Below, piece by piece: positions 13,892 to 27,439 of a stretch of 64,000 nucleotides of DNA; within the stretch, counting starts at the first letter, position 1, and each line of letters opens with the position of its first letter. The position numbers and the translations under genes are program-made. The DNA lies in the NCBI GenBank assembly GCA_036172245.1, contig JAYWIR010000038.1, positions 1,178,001 to 1,242,000 on the forward strand, written 5' to 3'. The notes beneath the pieces are model-generated. The model worked only from the letters and a program-made list of their open reading frames with translations. It was not told where the DNA came from and did no database searches. The DNA comes from Raillietiella orientalis (taxonomy: Eukaryota).

Positions 13892-15179
13892 CAACACGTG
13901 AGTCTGCAAGCACATGTGGGAACTGTTTTCACATGGATTCAAAAATAGTCAGTCAGTCACGGAGGGACAGAAGAGGGCGCTTCTCCACCCAAGGTGCAGC
14001 GAGCCGCTGAAGCAACGCAGATGCGGGATGGGGAAACGGAAGCGGAAGGAAGCAAAAATAGTCGTAGGCCCGAGCGACAGCAATGCTCGCACCCTTCGAA
14101 AGAGGCGGTGCAGATGGTGTAGGGGCGCAGCAGCTTTCCATGCTTGCCCGAGAAAACAGGTGCGCTTCTTCCAGCGAGGATTCGCCGAGCCGGTGGCGAT
14201 TGTGCAGAAAAAGGAAAAGGAGAGGAGGAGGAAATAGCAGCGGGGGGACCTGGGGGGGGGGGAAGGGGAAATCTGTGCAGCAAAAAACGGCATTTGGAGC
14301 AGGAAAGTGTGAACAGGCGGCGGAGGAGGAGAACGCGAGTAAGTTATCTGCGATGATGGCTGCGTAGATGGCGCCATCGCGGGGTTGCTCGCGACGTTGC
14401 AGCGCTCACAGAAACGACTCTCACTCGAGTAGGCAGGGATACAAGCGGATCCCGGGAGCGGCGTCCGTTCGATCTGCTCCCGTTCATCTGATTCGTCCAC
14501 CAATTAGGCGGCCGCGATCTTTAAGGAGCGGTCGGGCGGCGGCAAAGCAGTCCCACTGCCCTTTGGGGAAACCTCCGAAACATTCTCGGGTGCAGTGCGC
14601 AGGGCAGAAACTCGGAAGGGGGGGGGGGGAATGATCGTCCCCCGGGCAGCGAGGATCCGCTTCCCGGCCGGCCCGCCCTCCCGTTCCGAGCCGCGAGCGT
14701 CGCAGGTTCACTTTACCTTTTCATCTGCGCTCCCGTACAGCCGCCTCTCCACCCTCATCCCCTTCTTTCCGATAGGGCACACTTGTTCCCACAGGTGCTT
14801 TCCCCAATCGCGGCGACGGAAGGAGGGGAGAAATGCCGTCGGCGAACGACCTGTGTGGGGAATCCCCGTGCAGGTGAACGGAACCTCCCCCGCTTGCTGC
14901 CCGCCACGAAGCACGTGGCGGGCAGCAAGCGGGAGGATGGAGCCGAGGGTCAACAACGGCAACGGTGGGGGGAGCGCGTCTCACAACACTTGACATGCCG
15001 CCATGCTTCGCCGGGCTGGAGGCGCTCCTGGACCGCGGCCTTTCATGGAGGGAGGAACATCCAGCGCTCGGGCGTCGCCGACACAACAGACTTCGCTCCC
15101 CCCCCCCCCACTCTCAAGCTCCTCTGCCTCCACCTCCCTGCTCCCCCTTTCACGCCCAGCCTCCCGAGCAGCCGCTTAC

Positions 15180-15500
15180 CGTGTGCGTGCGTCCTCAAAG
15201 CAGCGTGCCCATCCGGGGGATGAAAAATTTTCAGGGGAGGCGAGGAAGCGAACGCGGCATCCGAGCAGGAGCGAGCTGGAAACGCACCGCTCGACTGGAT
15301 CCCGAAACGGGAGAACGGGAAAGGGGGAGGGGGAGGAAGAGAGGGAGGAAGAGGAGGAGGAGAGGGAGAGGGGAAAAGGCGAGAAGAGAAGGACGTAGGA
15401 GGAGGAGGAGAAAAAAAAAAGCAAAAACAAATAAAATAAAAAGAAACGCACGCTCGGACACACTCGCACGCGGACACGCACGCACACGCAGACTTGGAGC
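15180..15500 (-). promoter_or_regulatory. Candidate non-coding 5' exon/promoter of Shank
   Basis: Strong donor CACG|gtaagc at 15179, upstream of the 11062 acceptor. GC/CpG-rich, UTR-like pyrimidine tract; only a 5-codon uORF (MGTLL*). The 5' boundary is a guess. Confidence 0.35.
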
Positions 15501-16779
15501 TTCGGCAGGAAGGAAAACTCAGGAAACCTGCGCGGTCGCCCGCTCGCCGCCGCCGACGATCGATACGCGGCGTCGAAGCTGCTTGGGGTTCCCAGATGCA
15601 GAGGCTGGCGGCGGGAATACTTCCGGGAGGCAGGAGATGAGCTTCCCGGTACCCACTTTCCAACGGCGGCAATGTCTTCCCCGTTGCTCCCCTACTCGTT
15701 CTCTCCCCCCCCCCCTTTCCCCTCTTCCCTCCCAGTTCTCTGCAGCTGCTGAGATCGGCATGCTCGCGCGCGCGCGCGGGCCGGAATGGGTATGCTTCTG
15801 CCAGAGCGGGCAGTATCGGCCACACGTCCCCTGGACCAGTCTGCCAGCGGAAGAGGAAGAGCACCCAAGTCGTGGGATCCGTCAGGGCGAGCGAACGCGC
15901 GTCTCCCGCGAAGCGTGGGTAGGAAGGGAGGCGCAGTTGCCACGTGGGGTTTCCAGGTGCTCGCCCAGCTCTGTTCCTGGGAAGGAGGGGGAGATTCCGC
16001 CGATCTCGTCCTGGGAGCCGAAGTGGGGTGTACGGCCCTATTCCTCGTGGGCTCCAGGAGCAGCGCTCGATCTCCCAGATCGATGCCACCTCCAAGCAAC
16101 CGCGCGATCCCCGGGAGCTCTTTGGACGAACCCATGGGCGGGGCGATATCGGGCAGGAGAGGGGGGAAAATGAGAAAAAAAAAAAAAAAAAACAAGGCTG
16201 CTAGAGTGCCAGCAAGCCGACAACTTTTTGCTGGGTTGCTAGGTCTCCAGTTTTCCCGGTCCCGGCAGCTGGTGGAGGTGAACGCACGACGGGCGAAGCG
16301 CCACTTGCGGCCGCCCCACGTGGGTCGACGAAGCGATTTAGCGCTTGCGCGCGCGCGCCGCCTTGGCAGAACGCGCTCGTCGCCATGGAAGCGTTCCAAG
16401 AAGGGGTCCAGGTCGGCGAAACCGCGCCTCCTTGGACCATCTGCCCTGATGGGGACCACGGCCAGATGACTGCAATGAGGGATGAGTGCGCTGGACGGCG
16501 CGACAAACGGCAACGAGCAAAGGTTCCCCCCCCTCTCCCCCCCAACGAGGGTCACGCAGGGGTGGAGGGAAGGAGGGCGAGCAGGGAGTGCGGGTCGACT
16601 CCACCTACTCCGGGACAAAGCTGGAGGTCGTAACGGTTTCCCTTCACTTGTTTTCGTCTTCTCGACCGCAGGGAGTTCCCGTTTCCGAGGACGGTCAGGT
16701 CTTTTTTGCTGCAGGGTGCAAGAGGGCTCTCTTTGGGGGAGGGGGAGCCCGGAGGGCCTCAGGAAACGGAGGAGACCTT

Positions 16780-17090
16780 ATTGGTTGAAGGTAGCGCGGG
16801 GACCGATGGAGGAGTCCGCATCGACAGCATCGCCTCCGCTTCGTCAAAACCCCTCGAGGCTTGGGCCATTCCTGCTGCTGGAGGCGAGGTCACGGGGACA
16901 GCGGACGAGCAGGATGCGAAATGACCCGGTGATTTTCCGGGGAAGCATCCTGACACGCCACGAAGAGCTGCTCTCGCTGCCCTCCTGCCAGACCCATGCC
17001 GATCTTCCGGGAACGAAGGGAGGAATGCCTCGGGGAAAACGGAAGGAGAGCGCCAGAAGTTGTTGCACTCGTGCGGGTGCGAAAATAGGG
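16780..17090 (+). mobile_element. Tx1/L1-like ORF1 relic
   Basis: WAIP at 16862 (shared with the 27.5 kb copy) and PDPCRSSGNEGRNAS at 16988, a decayed CxxCGxEGHxA knuckle. Confidence 0.45.
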
Positions 17091-18084
17091 GCGGGAGGCA
17101 GGAGAATGGGACTGCCTGTCCGGCAGCAAAAGGGCGGCGGCGGGTCGCCCTAGGGGAAGCGAAGTTTTCCCTCCCACACGGGCTACTCCGCCCTGAGTGG
17201 GTGGCCAACGGTCCGCGCGCACCGTGAGCCGTGGAGTTTCGTTTTTTTTTTTTTTTTTCTCTACTGGCGTTTTCACTTCCTTTCTCACGCAGGTATCCTG
17301 AATCCGCTCCCTAGTCCTCCGTCACACCTGGTTTTCCCTGGTGTGTGTAGGGGGGAGGACCCCGGAGTTGCACCACCTTGGTTTCGGAGGTCTTTCCTCG
17401 CAGACCGCGGGTGCGCGAAGAGCACCGCGCAGACGGTCTTCTCCCTCCATGGATGACGCGGGACGGAGTCAGGGAAGGAAGGGTTCCCTTGGGGGTGCCC
17501 CAAGGATGCCCAGTCTCTCTCCTAAGGAGGAATCCCAGGCACTCCAGCGGCGCTCCGTGGTCAGCAAGTAGCAAGAATCCGACCAAAGACAGCTGGAGGG
17601 GGAGAACTTGACCCTTGAGGACGACTCACAGTGTCCGACTCTTTGGATAAGCCTTCGGTGTTCGGGACAGCAGGGACTTATTCAGGCGAGTGACCGGGAA
17701 GGCCGCGGCGCACAGGCACACGGGAGCGACGCGGCGCTTCACTTCGCGGAGCCTCCGCAGTCCCGACTGCCCCAGAGAGGGCCTCATGCCACGAGGGAAG
17801 GAAAGGTCCCGGGAGGTCCCGAGACGCTAAGGAACCTGGACGCCGCGTTGTCACCGGGGACGAGGCCGTTGCCGGCGACCTCATCAACAGCCGCAGGGAG
17901 CGGGGAGGAGTGGAGGCAGGGCTTCCTCCTGGCCGAGCAGGGGCCCTCGAACGGCGGAAGAGGAAAGAAAGGAGGAAAAACAACGGAAGGTCGCGTCTCA
18001 CCTCCGGGAGGCAGCTGATGAACTCTCCACGGCCGCCAATTAGCATCTTCCGGCAGGTCCGCACTCGATGGGCGGGCAACTTGG

Positions 18085-18720
18085 GCGACCAGTGGGCAGG
18101 CTGGAGGAACCCTGGAAAGGAGTGGAGCCATGAGCCAGTCTTCCTCGGACGCGACGGAGAAGGATAAGAGGGGCGTCAGATCCCAGACTTCCTCGACCCC
18201 GAAGAATCCATCGGGAGGGGTAGGAGACGGGGAGGGAGAGCAAGAAGGGCGAGCCTTGCGTGGCTCTCCCGCAGGAAGAACGTTGGGATGTCCGCTTACC
18301 ACCCCTATTCCTCCTCCTGGCCGCTGCAGTGGAAACAGGGAAGGAAGAAAGAGGAGGAGGAGGGAAGGAAGAGGAAGAAGAAAGGAGGAACAGGAAGAGG
18401 AGAGGAGCGGGCACGTCCCTCCGGGAGCGGAAACCCTCCCTCTCACGAGCGCCGGACTTCGCTGTCGCGGAGACAGCTCGCTCCTTCTCCCCGTCCCCCA
18501 ACTTACGAAGCCGTTCCCGTCTTGGGCAACGCTGCTAGCCAGGATCAAGGGTCGGGGAATGCAGCGGTAGCAGAGAACGACCAGGAGGAAGAGGAGCAAA
18601 GGACCCGCTGCTTTCGGATCTATGCACTCCACGCACCGCGCAAGAAGCGCCGGAGGAGTCTTCCGTGCGCCCTGTGCGACCGGCCGTACAAAACAGCCGC
18701 CGTGGGATCGTCGCGGCTTT
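18085..18720 (+). mobile_element. LINE AP-endonuclease relic
   Basis: In expected order: GWRNPGK, CVALPQEE and CFRIYALHAPRKKRRRSL (compare GLRxPxK, DVxxLQET, FRLINxYAP...R). Confidence 0.4.
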
Positions 18721-20439
18721 GGTGCCGCGACGATCCCGCGTGGCGGTGGGAGGGAAACCCCTCCGGCAAGAGTCTCCGTCGAGGTCCTTGCTTCTCCTTC
18801 TCTTTGGGGTCGGCTTCCGTGCGTTCGAGGGTGGGGGTGAGGGAATGGTTTCCTCACGCGCCCGCGGCAGCTGACCGACAGGCGGTGGCGGCGCGAAGGT
18901 CTGCTGCCCTCAGTGCGGTCGCGAAGGTTACCTTAATGGGCTCCTCCCGGCTCCCCCACCTCCCTCACGCACGCACGCATGCGCGCACCACTCCCTCGTC
19001 GCCCGCGAACGAAGCATGGAAACGCAGCAAGGGTCCGACCGCATCCTTCGCTGCTGCTGTACTCTCGATGATGGCAGAAATCGGGGAACAACCGAGCACC
19101 CCGGAGGGCACTGTTCTGCTCCCTGAGGATGCCCTCCGGCGGAGCGCGGAGCGCAAGCTTCCCCGAGCTGCTCCAGAATCGCGCTCTTCGGCACGCCGTT
19201 CTCTTTCGGGCCCTGGGCATCTCGTCCGCGCGGCCAGGTTCGGCCTCCCTCCCCCCTCAATCCCTCCCCCCAGGTTCAGTGCGTGCAAACCCGGTTCTGA
19301 TTGGTAGATTCGAATGGCACAGCAAGCCTCAGGCTGCGAGCTCGCTCTTTCGGCCTGGGAACACCGCGGCGCGGTGGACGCAAGCGGCGGAGAGTGCGTC
19401 TCGCTGTTGAGGTTCAGGTGTTCCGGGAAGATGGAAGGGGAGGAAGGATGGGGGAGGGCGAAGGGAGCTCTGCCGAACAGCCTAACTGCGTGCCCCGGAG
19501 GCGTCCGTTCGCTTGCAAGGACCGCTGGTCGTGGCCGATTGCGGGACGATTCTGATTGGTCGATTTGAATTCCAGCAGCGACGTGCGTTGGCAAGACCAG
19601 AGAAGGAGGGGGGAGGGGAGAATTCTTTCGCAGTTACGCTAGTTCTTACGCTGCGTTCTTAAGCTCCCCCCCCCCCTTCCCTATTTACCACCCCAACGAA
19701 AGATTTTGACGGCATGAGGAAGGAGGGAGGACGGACGCAGGTGGCAGCAGCCGATGTAGTCGGCCCTAGCAACCGTAATCACTGCTGCACGTGCTTTGCT
19801 AGGACGGAAACGAAGGAAGATACCGTCCGCAGGATAACAGCTCTGCCCTCGGGTCTCCATTTTGACGACGCTGCGCATGCGCACTTCCATCGTGGCTTCA
19901 TCGCTGCAGTGCCTCTCGCACATTGAACAAAAAATAGCTTGATACACAACACACACACGGGAAAACAAAAAAAAAAAGAGGAAGGGAAAAGAAACGAAAG
20001 GGTTGTTTTTTTTTCCCCGTAGATTTGCTCGCCCCTCGCTACATGGGAAAACCCGTGGATTCTTTCGTTTTCGGGGACGGCCTTTCGGCACCACCAACAA
20101 GAAGTCTCGGTTGAGCTGATTTCCATTTCGTTTGAAGATTTTTTTTTTTGTTTTTCCAGCATCGCTTCCCGTCCAGTCTTTCCGGACACGAGCTGAATGC
20201 AAACCGGTTGTTCCTTTGTTTGATTACCTTACCTCGCCCTTGGCTCATTCAAGGGTCCCGGCCGGCCCTTTTCCGAATGGTCTCCCCCATCGGCCCTTTC
20301 CCCATCCTTTCACGCAAAAGGCTGCCTGCTGTCAGGCGGCAAGGAGGGGAGATTTCTCAGCGGATGGAAGTCTTCCTGCTCCGAAGCAGCTCGGGGCGCG
20401 AAGGTCACTCTTTCGTTCGGGAGCCCATTGCCTCCCGAG

Positions 20440-20800
20440 ACGCGAAGCACCGTTTTCTTGCCATGGAACTCGGTCTGCATTCTTCCTGCCGCAGGTCCAA
20501 AAAAGCTCGGCGCGATCACGCGTGCGCGGCGCAGAGTCAAACGGTCCACTCCAAGTGCGTGACCTCCAACGTACGCAGAAGTTTCCCAGGGGCTCGTCCT
20601 CCGCCATCGCGGCGGCCGTCGAAGCATAGCGATTCTTTCGGGGAAGGAAAAAAAATTCAATTTTTTCCTGGTACTGCGAGCACTCCTGCAGCAGCCAATC
20701 GTGACCTCTTGAGACGCGAGCAGGAAGGAACTTCCGTGGAGAGATGCTTGGTGCGAACCAATTCGTCGAGAGACACCATTCCTTGGAAGCGTTCCTCTTT
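20440..20800 (-). mobile_element. Gypsy-like gag relic
   Basis: FFLPRKNRYASTAAMAEDEPLGNFCVRWRS....PFD...RDR...F..CG follows the gag core motif order. Confidence 0.4.
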
Positions 20801-21349
20801 GATGCAACGCGCCCTTCGTGCAAGAGCAACATTTCCAATGCTCCGGAGGGCGTACCCAGATACAAGCGAAGGAAGTTGGTGGAGGGAAGAGCAGTGTTGA
20901 CCATCTGCTAGGGCACGTCGCTTGTGACACGTGAGCATTCTCAAGTGAAAAAAAAAAAAAAAAGACAGAAACTCTTCCTGAAAGACAACCAGTCGTCGTC
21001 TTCACTTCGTTGCGTTCTCCGTGCGACAACTGAAGGAAGAATAAAAGGGGAAACAACTGGCTGAGCTCGTCAAACTGGGAGCCCGGGAAGCTTCGATGCC
21101 CGGCGGGTGCTGTGCGTACGTGAACGCCAGCTGGTCACTGAGCGGCTTAGCACCAAGCAGCGCGCGTTCTGATTCGAGTACCGAAATCCCCTTGGGAGCA
21201 GCCGGTTTCCGCAATCTGTGAGGCGGACAGGTGCCCTGCGGGCTGACACACGCAGCCACCCGAGAGTAGCTCCGGGCGGTGGCCGAAGACACTTCTCGAG
21301 CTGCATGGGAGCTGCGCTCGCTCTTCGTAACACCGGCTGAAGGATTGCG

Positions 21350-21910
21350 CAGGAACTCCATCACAGTCGACGGGACGCCAGCGTAAAACACGGGACAGTC
21401 AACTGCGGGAATGTCGCGCCCCCCTGTGAACCCCGCCAGCTCACTCCGGTGCCGGTCGATGTGTTTCCGTTGCGCGGCGGCGCTCCGTCTAAGAAAGGGG
21501 TCACTGCAAGTAGTCGCGCGCAGAGTTGCGCAACAGAAGAAAGTCGTTGTCACGTGAGTTGGCCCAACCAGCAAAGTGTCCCTGCCGGAAAGCAGGAGGG
21601 GCCCTCTTCAAGTTCGCCCTGGATCTCTGACGTTCACTCTTGAGTTTTCCCGGCACCGAATGCCTCGCGCGCTCTGGAAACGAATCGAGACGGGATGCGT
21701 TCTGCGTGTGCCCGGGCACGGTCGAGGGGGACCTCCGCGGGGGGTCTGCCAGCCGGACAGGCAAGGAACCGTGCTGCTGCACGTTCCTGCCGTCCGCCGC
21801 TCCGCGCAACGTAAACGTCGACCTGACCACGAGACATCGTACGCATCGTGGAACCTTCCATCATCTGTACGACACCTGTTCTCATTCCGGGGAGAACTGG
21901 GTGCTGACCT
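21350..21910 (+). mobile_element. Tx1/L1-like ORF1 relic
   Basis: SITVDG, GCVLRV and P..V.VD.......TF..LYDTCSHSGE motifs across frames. Confidence 0.35.
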
Positions 21911-22519
21911 CGGGAGCACCGCAAGCGGTGGTGGCGAAGACTCCACCGAACGCGAAACGCACCACGATGGTTGGGCTCATGCCGAGGGGAGGAAAAGGAG
22001 CGCAGAGGGCTGTCTCGGGTTCTCGTGGACAAGCGACCGAGACGTGATGAAAGGAGTTGGGGGCGTTTTCGGTTTCCTGGGAAGCGCGCGTCCCTCATGG
22101 AACCAGTCAGACGAAATCCCCTTCACTAGCTGGCCAGGATTTCAAAGTGATCTCCTCCCTCCTCCAAGGTCTTCTTTGGAATCTTCTTGGCTTCCCTTGG
22201 GTACAGCGCGCAGTTGAACTCTTCATGACAGACTGCACGTCTCGACCTCTCAAAGCAGGAGGCCGTTTATCCTTAAAGTTCTGTGACGGTGGAGCGCAGT
22301 GCAAGGGCGAGTATAAAGCGCCAAGGATGTCCTCTCGGGTATTCCGACTGGTACGGGAAGACACGGGTTCCGTTTCCAGCAGAGGCGAGCGCCCGGATCG
22401 CGCGGTTGCTGTGGCTTGGTACGCGAGGTTTAAGAAAGACCCTGGCTGGGCTTCGGAGCGGCGATCCTCCAGCTAGCTTAGGCGCCGTTGGTTGATTGGC
22501 AGGAGTGGTGACCGATGTG

Positions 22520-23840
22520 GCGGAGTTTTGGTGGATGTTTTGCCGTGGACTCCCCATCCCGAACCGACATGGGGAAGCACGCACTTTCGTCGGGATCAAG
22601 CAGCAGTTGCCGAAACGCGAAATTCGCAGGCAGAATCTTCCGTCTTCTTCGTAGGGACTTGCGCTTTCGTCGGCGTCCGTTTCGATTCCGGGAACCCTGA
22701 CGCATGTTTTTTTTTTGTGTGTGTGTGTGTGTGTTTTCGCTTCCTGTTTCTTTCTCCCCTCGCTCTGTTTCATCCGCTTCCCTCGAAAGTCACCACGCTG
22801 AATTCGCTTTCAATTTCCGATTCCTTTCGACGGTTTTGGTTCTTCGCGTCGCGCTCCTGTGACGCTCCTTCTTGGGCCTCGACCACCACCACCTCAAAGA
22901 GGCAGTTTCCGGCAGTCTCCGTCGATGAACGGCAGCCCCTCCACGGTCAGAATCGAACGCAAACACGAGACAAAAAAGAAAGGGCGAAAGGGGGAACGGA
23001 ACAAGGAGGAGGCATCTGTCTTTTTAAGGTTGCGGAACTTCCTGGGTGCCCTTCGAGAAACAGGCTGCCGGATGCTCAGTGCTTCCGGGCCCGAAAGGAT
23101 TTCCCGTGTGGCATTCTGCAACGAAGAGCGGATTTCTCGAGCACGCAAGTGCCGTTCCGCTATCGATCAAAACAGCACGGGAAATCAACAAACGCTGGAA
23201 TGCGGCTGCTCCGACGCGCGCTCGGAGCGAACGACCAGGACTCGCGCGTCCGCGGCAGCAGCTGACCCCTTGCGCCAGTTCGCAGGGGATGCGGCGCAGA
23301 GACGCGCGCGCCCACCACCGCGCGTATCGCGCTCCCCGAAAGGGAGGCCGGCCATCCACTGCCCACGAGGCGAGGCGATGGTCCACCTCACCCGACGTCC
23401 TCACAAGAAGCGACCCACGCAGAACAGGAAGTGGACGCGCGCGCTGCGATCCCAGACCCTCGTTCCCGGAACGCTCGCGAAGAGCTCCGTCTTCCGCGTT
23501 CCACAGCATCGGCTGTTGGTGGTCGGTGGCGGCAGACGTGCATCTTGAGGAGAGGAAAAGGAAAAGGAAAAAAAAACAAAATAAAGGAGGGGAGCGGGGA
23601 AGGGGGGGGGGGACAGAAGGTGCTTAAAAGAAGTCATCGGAGGGATGGCGTGCGGTCGTAAAATTTATGCGCCTTTTGCGGGTTGGGAAGCAGCGAGGCA
23701 CGTTTCGAGGAAGAATACGACGAGAGCTCAGGCAAGAAGTTGAAGGGAAGAGCGAAGCATCGCGAGGCGAATTTTCCGCTCGACTCTTCGCTCATCTTCT
23801 CGGGCCCGGTCGTCGAAACGGCCTACTTTCGTCCGAGCGG
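22520..23840 (-). mobile_element. Gypsy-like gag-knuckle-protease relic(s)
   Basis: VGRFDDRAREDERRVERK, KRASLL, GRFL*G and then VLIDSGT (aspartic protease DSG) in order from 23830 to 23150. A second gag piece, GRFCLRI...RFGMG...IHQ, lies at 22520-22680. Confidence 0.4.
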
Positions 23841-25299
23841 CGTGCGTGGTCGCCGTGTGCCCTCCGCCACCGAGCGAACTCACGAATCCGCCGAGCGGGC
23901 TGGAGAAAGAGCATCCTCGAGCCGTCGTAGCCACACGCACGCACCTTACGTGGCAGGTGCGTTCCGGTCGCATCGCATTGCGCGCGCACGCGAATTCGCG
24001 TGCTACGCGGGGAGGGGGACACCACGCGAGGACTTCGCGTGCTGCCCGCGAGATGGCTGCTCAGTCGAGGCGCTGAGTCCGCAGGTAACGCCCAGGCCGG
24101 CCGTCCTCCGAAGCCGCGGACTCTATCTGCAAGGGGGATGACGGGCCGACCGGGACTTCCAGGGCCAACAGGGGCCCGGAACGCCGCCGGGAACGACTCC
24201 TAGACGAACCGGACCCTGGGCCGTGAAGAACGCTCTGCGAACGGCCACGGCGGAGGCGGCGAGCGAGCGAGCAGCGGCAACATGGCGGCGGCGACCCATT
24301 CTCGGGGCACCTGGCGGATGCCGAGAGAAAGTCAAGTTGGGGCGGTCGGCGGTGCTTCGAAGCCGGAAGTGACGGGCGCCCATTAGCAAAACCAACAAGG
24401 GGGATGGGAGAGGAGGGGGAGGAGAGGCGAAACGACTTCTGGCTGCCCCTGGTGACCACGCGCTTCGGCGCGCACCGGCTCCCGGGGGAAAAAGCTGTGG
24501 CTGCGCTCCCAACAGAATGCTTCGGGAGAAGGGAAAATTCATTCCCCTCCCCTCCACCGAAGCTCCGCTAGGCACGGCCGACCCCCCTGATTCGGGGGGA
24601 CGCAGGTCGCTTCGCTCAGATTCGGCCCAACCCGGTCCAATGCTCCGTAGGGTCATCCCTGGATCTATCTTTCCCGCAATCGAGCTCACAGGAAGCAGCA
24701 GGGGCGCGCAGAGCCCTTTGACCTCCATGACGCCGTCGTATCCAAACGGGGGACGAAGGGGAAGCCCCTTGACCTCGAGGCGGTTGGGAAACCGCGGAGA
24801 AGAGGAGGCGGAAAGGAATTTTGGGAGCGCACCCCACTCGCCCCTTCGTGAGACGCGCGGTTTTCGTCCTTCCGTTCCGGAAAGACGGAACGCGCCGCAA
24901 CTTTCAGGCTCCGCCCGCAGCAGAAAGAGCAGGAGCGGGGTAGAAGGGGGGGGGGAGTCGTGCTTTCGCTCTGCCGTCGGACTGCGGAGGCCGCTGATTC
25001 GGGAACCGGCGAGGACCGCGAAGACCACACCCCGCGCCGTTTGCGGGACCGGTAAGCACGCATGCCGCTGGGAAAAGGGGGAGGAGGAAGAAGGAAAGGA
25101 GGAGGAAAGAGGAGGGAGGAAGAGGGAAACCAGGGCCTCCAGCAGCCATCTCCCGGACAAATAATCCGGAGGAGAGGAGCCGTGGCTCGGTGCGGGGTCC
25201 GCCGTCGACTTCAAGGAAGAACGGAGAGAAGGAGGTCCGGCGGCGGCGGCGGTCAGGACGCCGCAAGCACCGGAAAATCCATGACCCAGGAATGGAGGC

Positions 25300-26560
25300 G
25301 CGCGGAAGGGGCTCAAGGGGTTGCCCCAGGGAGGGAGGGGGAACCAGACGGAGTAGACCCCTCCACGCGGGAGCTCTGAAACCTCCCGGAGTGCTCTGCT
25401 TGCCCTCGCGAGCCCCGCGAGGGACTGAGGGGAAGGCGAGGAACCAGGGAACGCGACCATCCAGTTGCTTCGGGATTTCGGGGCCGGCAAGAGAGGGGAG
25501 GGGATCCAGACTTTCCGACTGCCCAACCGAAGGTCCAGGGGCGCGAAGTGGCCTGGCGGGCCAGATGCGCGCCTCGTACGAAGGTCAGCGCAGTCGCACT
25601 GAGCACGGCCCTCCCGCGACGGGTCCGGCGACTGCCCCCGGGGAAAACTCGCAAGTTGTCCTCGTGGATGCAGGAGCACCGCCGACTGCCGAGTTGCGGA
25701 ACACCCGGCTTGCCCGTCACGTCCGCCCCACGCTCCTGGGGGGAGGAAGGGAAGAGGAACTTCTCGAGGGAGGAGCCGGCGGTGCCAGCGACCCTCCCGG
25801 TCCTCCCGGACGCCCTTCAGCATGGAAGGTAGACCTGCCTCACCCGGCACCACCGGCGCCTTCGGAGGGGCGAGCGCAGGGGCCGCGGGGCAGGAGAAAC
25901 TGCACCACCACCGAGTGCCCCGTGCTGCGGAAAGCGGCCCGTCGGTGACGTCACTGGCGTTGCCTGCGCCTTCTCCGGGGAGGTTGGGAGGGCCTTCCCC
26001 ACCCGGGAGAGGCCCCTACACGCGCCCGGAACCGACAGACACGTGCAGGAGCCGTGTCTCGTTCCGGAAAAGATGCGGAGCCTCCGGAGCCCTGCAGATG
26101 GCTCAGCCCCTGCCGCAGCCGAGAGGCCGCACTCCACCTTCCTCCTCCGACTCTTCCAGCGCTAATGACGGAGCTAGGAGGATGCAGGGACGGCTGCCCC
26201 TACCCTGAGGCCCTCCTGGCCTACAGGTTCTCCCTGGGTCGCGAAGGGGGAGGAGGTTCCTTCCTGGAGGACGCAGTGACTTCCTGGAGGGAACCCTGAC
26301 CCTCGTCCCGGGCACGGCGCGCGACCTCAGGGGAGGAGGGAGGGGAAGACAACTGATCTACGTCCATGGGGTGTGGCACGGACGCCCACGGGATAGCACA
26401 CAGCAGGGCCACCGGGAGAGGGTGGGCGGGGAGGGCCCACGGAGTGCTGTGCCAGGAAGCGACGCACCGAGCCCCCTGCAGCGGCCTCGGGTGGCGAGGT
26501 GACGACCGCCCCCGGGTTTGTCCTCGTCCACCGCAAGTCGCAATCACAGGGGTAGGCGCG
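25300..26560 (+). mobile_element. LINE ORF1 relic plus AP-endonuclease start relic
   Basis: RASYEGQ at 25577 is followed by decayed Cys motifs. IYVHGV...GVLCQEATH at about 26357-26468 resembles NVRGL...DVxCLQETH. Confidence 0.4.
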
Positions 26561-27439
26561 GAGAAAATTCCCTGCCGCCCTCCCCCCCCCGCTTTGCTCT
26601 TTCTGACCTGGGAAGGGGAGGGGGGAAAGGAGGTGGGGCTCATGTGATCACGGTCCGCAAGGCACATGGTCACCGGAGCCCCGGATCGGAGTTCCCCGAG
26701 GGGTTTTACTGCCTGTGAACGCTCTTCCCCCTAGCGAAGGAGCGGGACGCTCAGGTGCCCCGCGCCTCTCGGTCCGGGCTGTCGTTGTCCCGGGAGACGG
26801 ACGGGAGAGGAAGGGGATTGTCTCCCTACCTTAGACCATACCGGCGCGTTCCCGACGGCGTCCCGGAAGGAATGGGCGAAAGTGGAGAAGGGGGGGGCGA
26901 AGGGAACCTCTTGCCACAGGCGAGTGAGAGCTTGCGCGTTTCCGGGGGCGGGGTGGGGGGAGAGCGGGGAGCACCCTCTTCGCACACGACGCACCCGCGC
27001 GCACTCGGCCAGCGCGACGCACCTCACCACACGCGCCGTCGCTTCGCTACTGGCCGTCGCTGGGCGACCGAGGCGCCTCCTCGCCCCGGCCGCAGGAACT
27101 CCCCGCGCGCGCGCCCCTGAGGCGGCGGCGGCGGCGGCGCTCCCATTCTGCCCACCCCTCCTCCCTCTTTCCCGGGGCGGGGAAGGGCCGGGGAGCTTCC
27201 GTCCCTTTCTCAGAATAGAGGGAGTCGCCCCACGGCCCCCATAGCAGGGGGAGCAGACGGCGCGGGTCCTCCCTTCCGCTCTAGGGGCTCCCGTAAGTGG
27301 CTCTGCCATCCACGAAGTCCCCCCGCACGGGGAGCGGCGTTGACGACGCGTGCTCTCGGTGCCCGCGGAGGCAGCGGAAAGGGATGACGATGGGGAAGGG
27401 GGCAGCATAAGGTAGGAGAATGAGGGGAAGGGAGGAGAG

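Noticed and set aside
15621..18028. Short repeat tccgggaggcag..gatga at 15622 and 18003
   Set aside because: Too short in GC-rich DNA to separate from chance.
24123..25853. 576-aa ORF and the many other long ORFs in the GC-rich block
   Set aside because: Pro/Arg/Gly/Ser-rich, overlapping in several frames and with no domain. This is expected from stop-codon scarcity at high GC.
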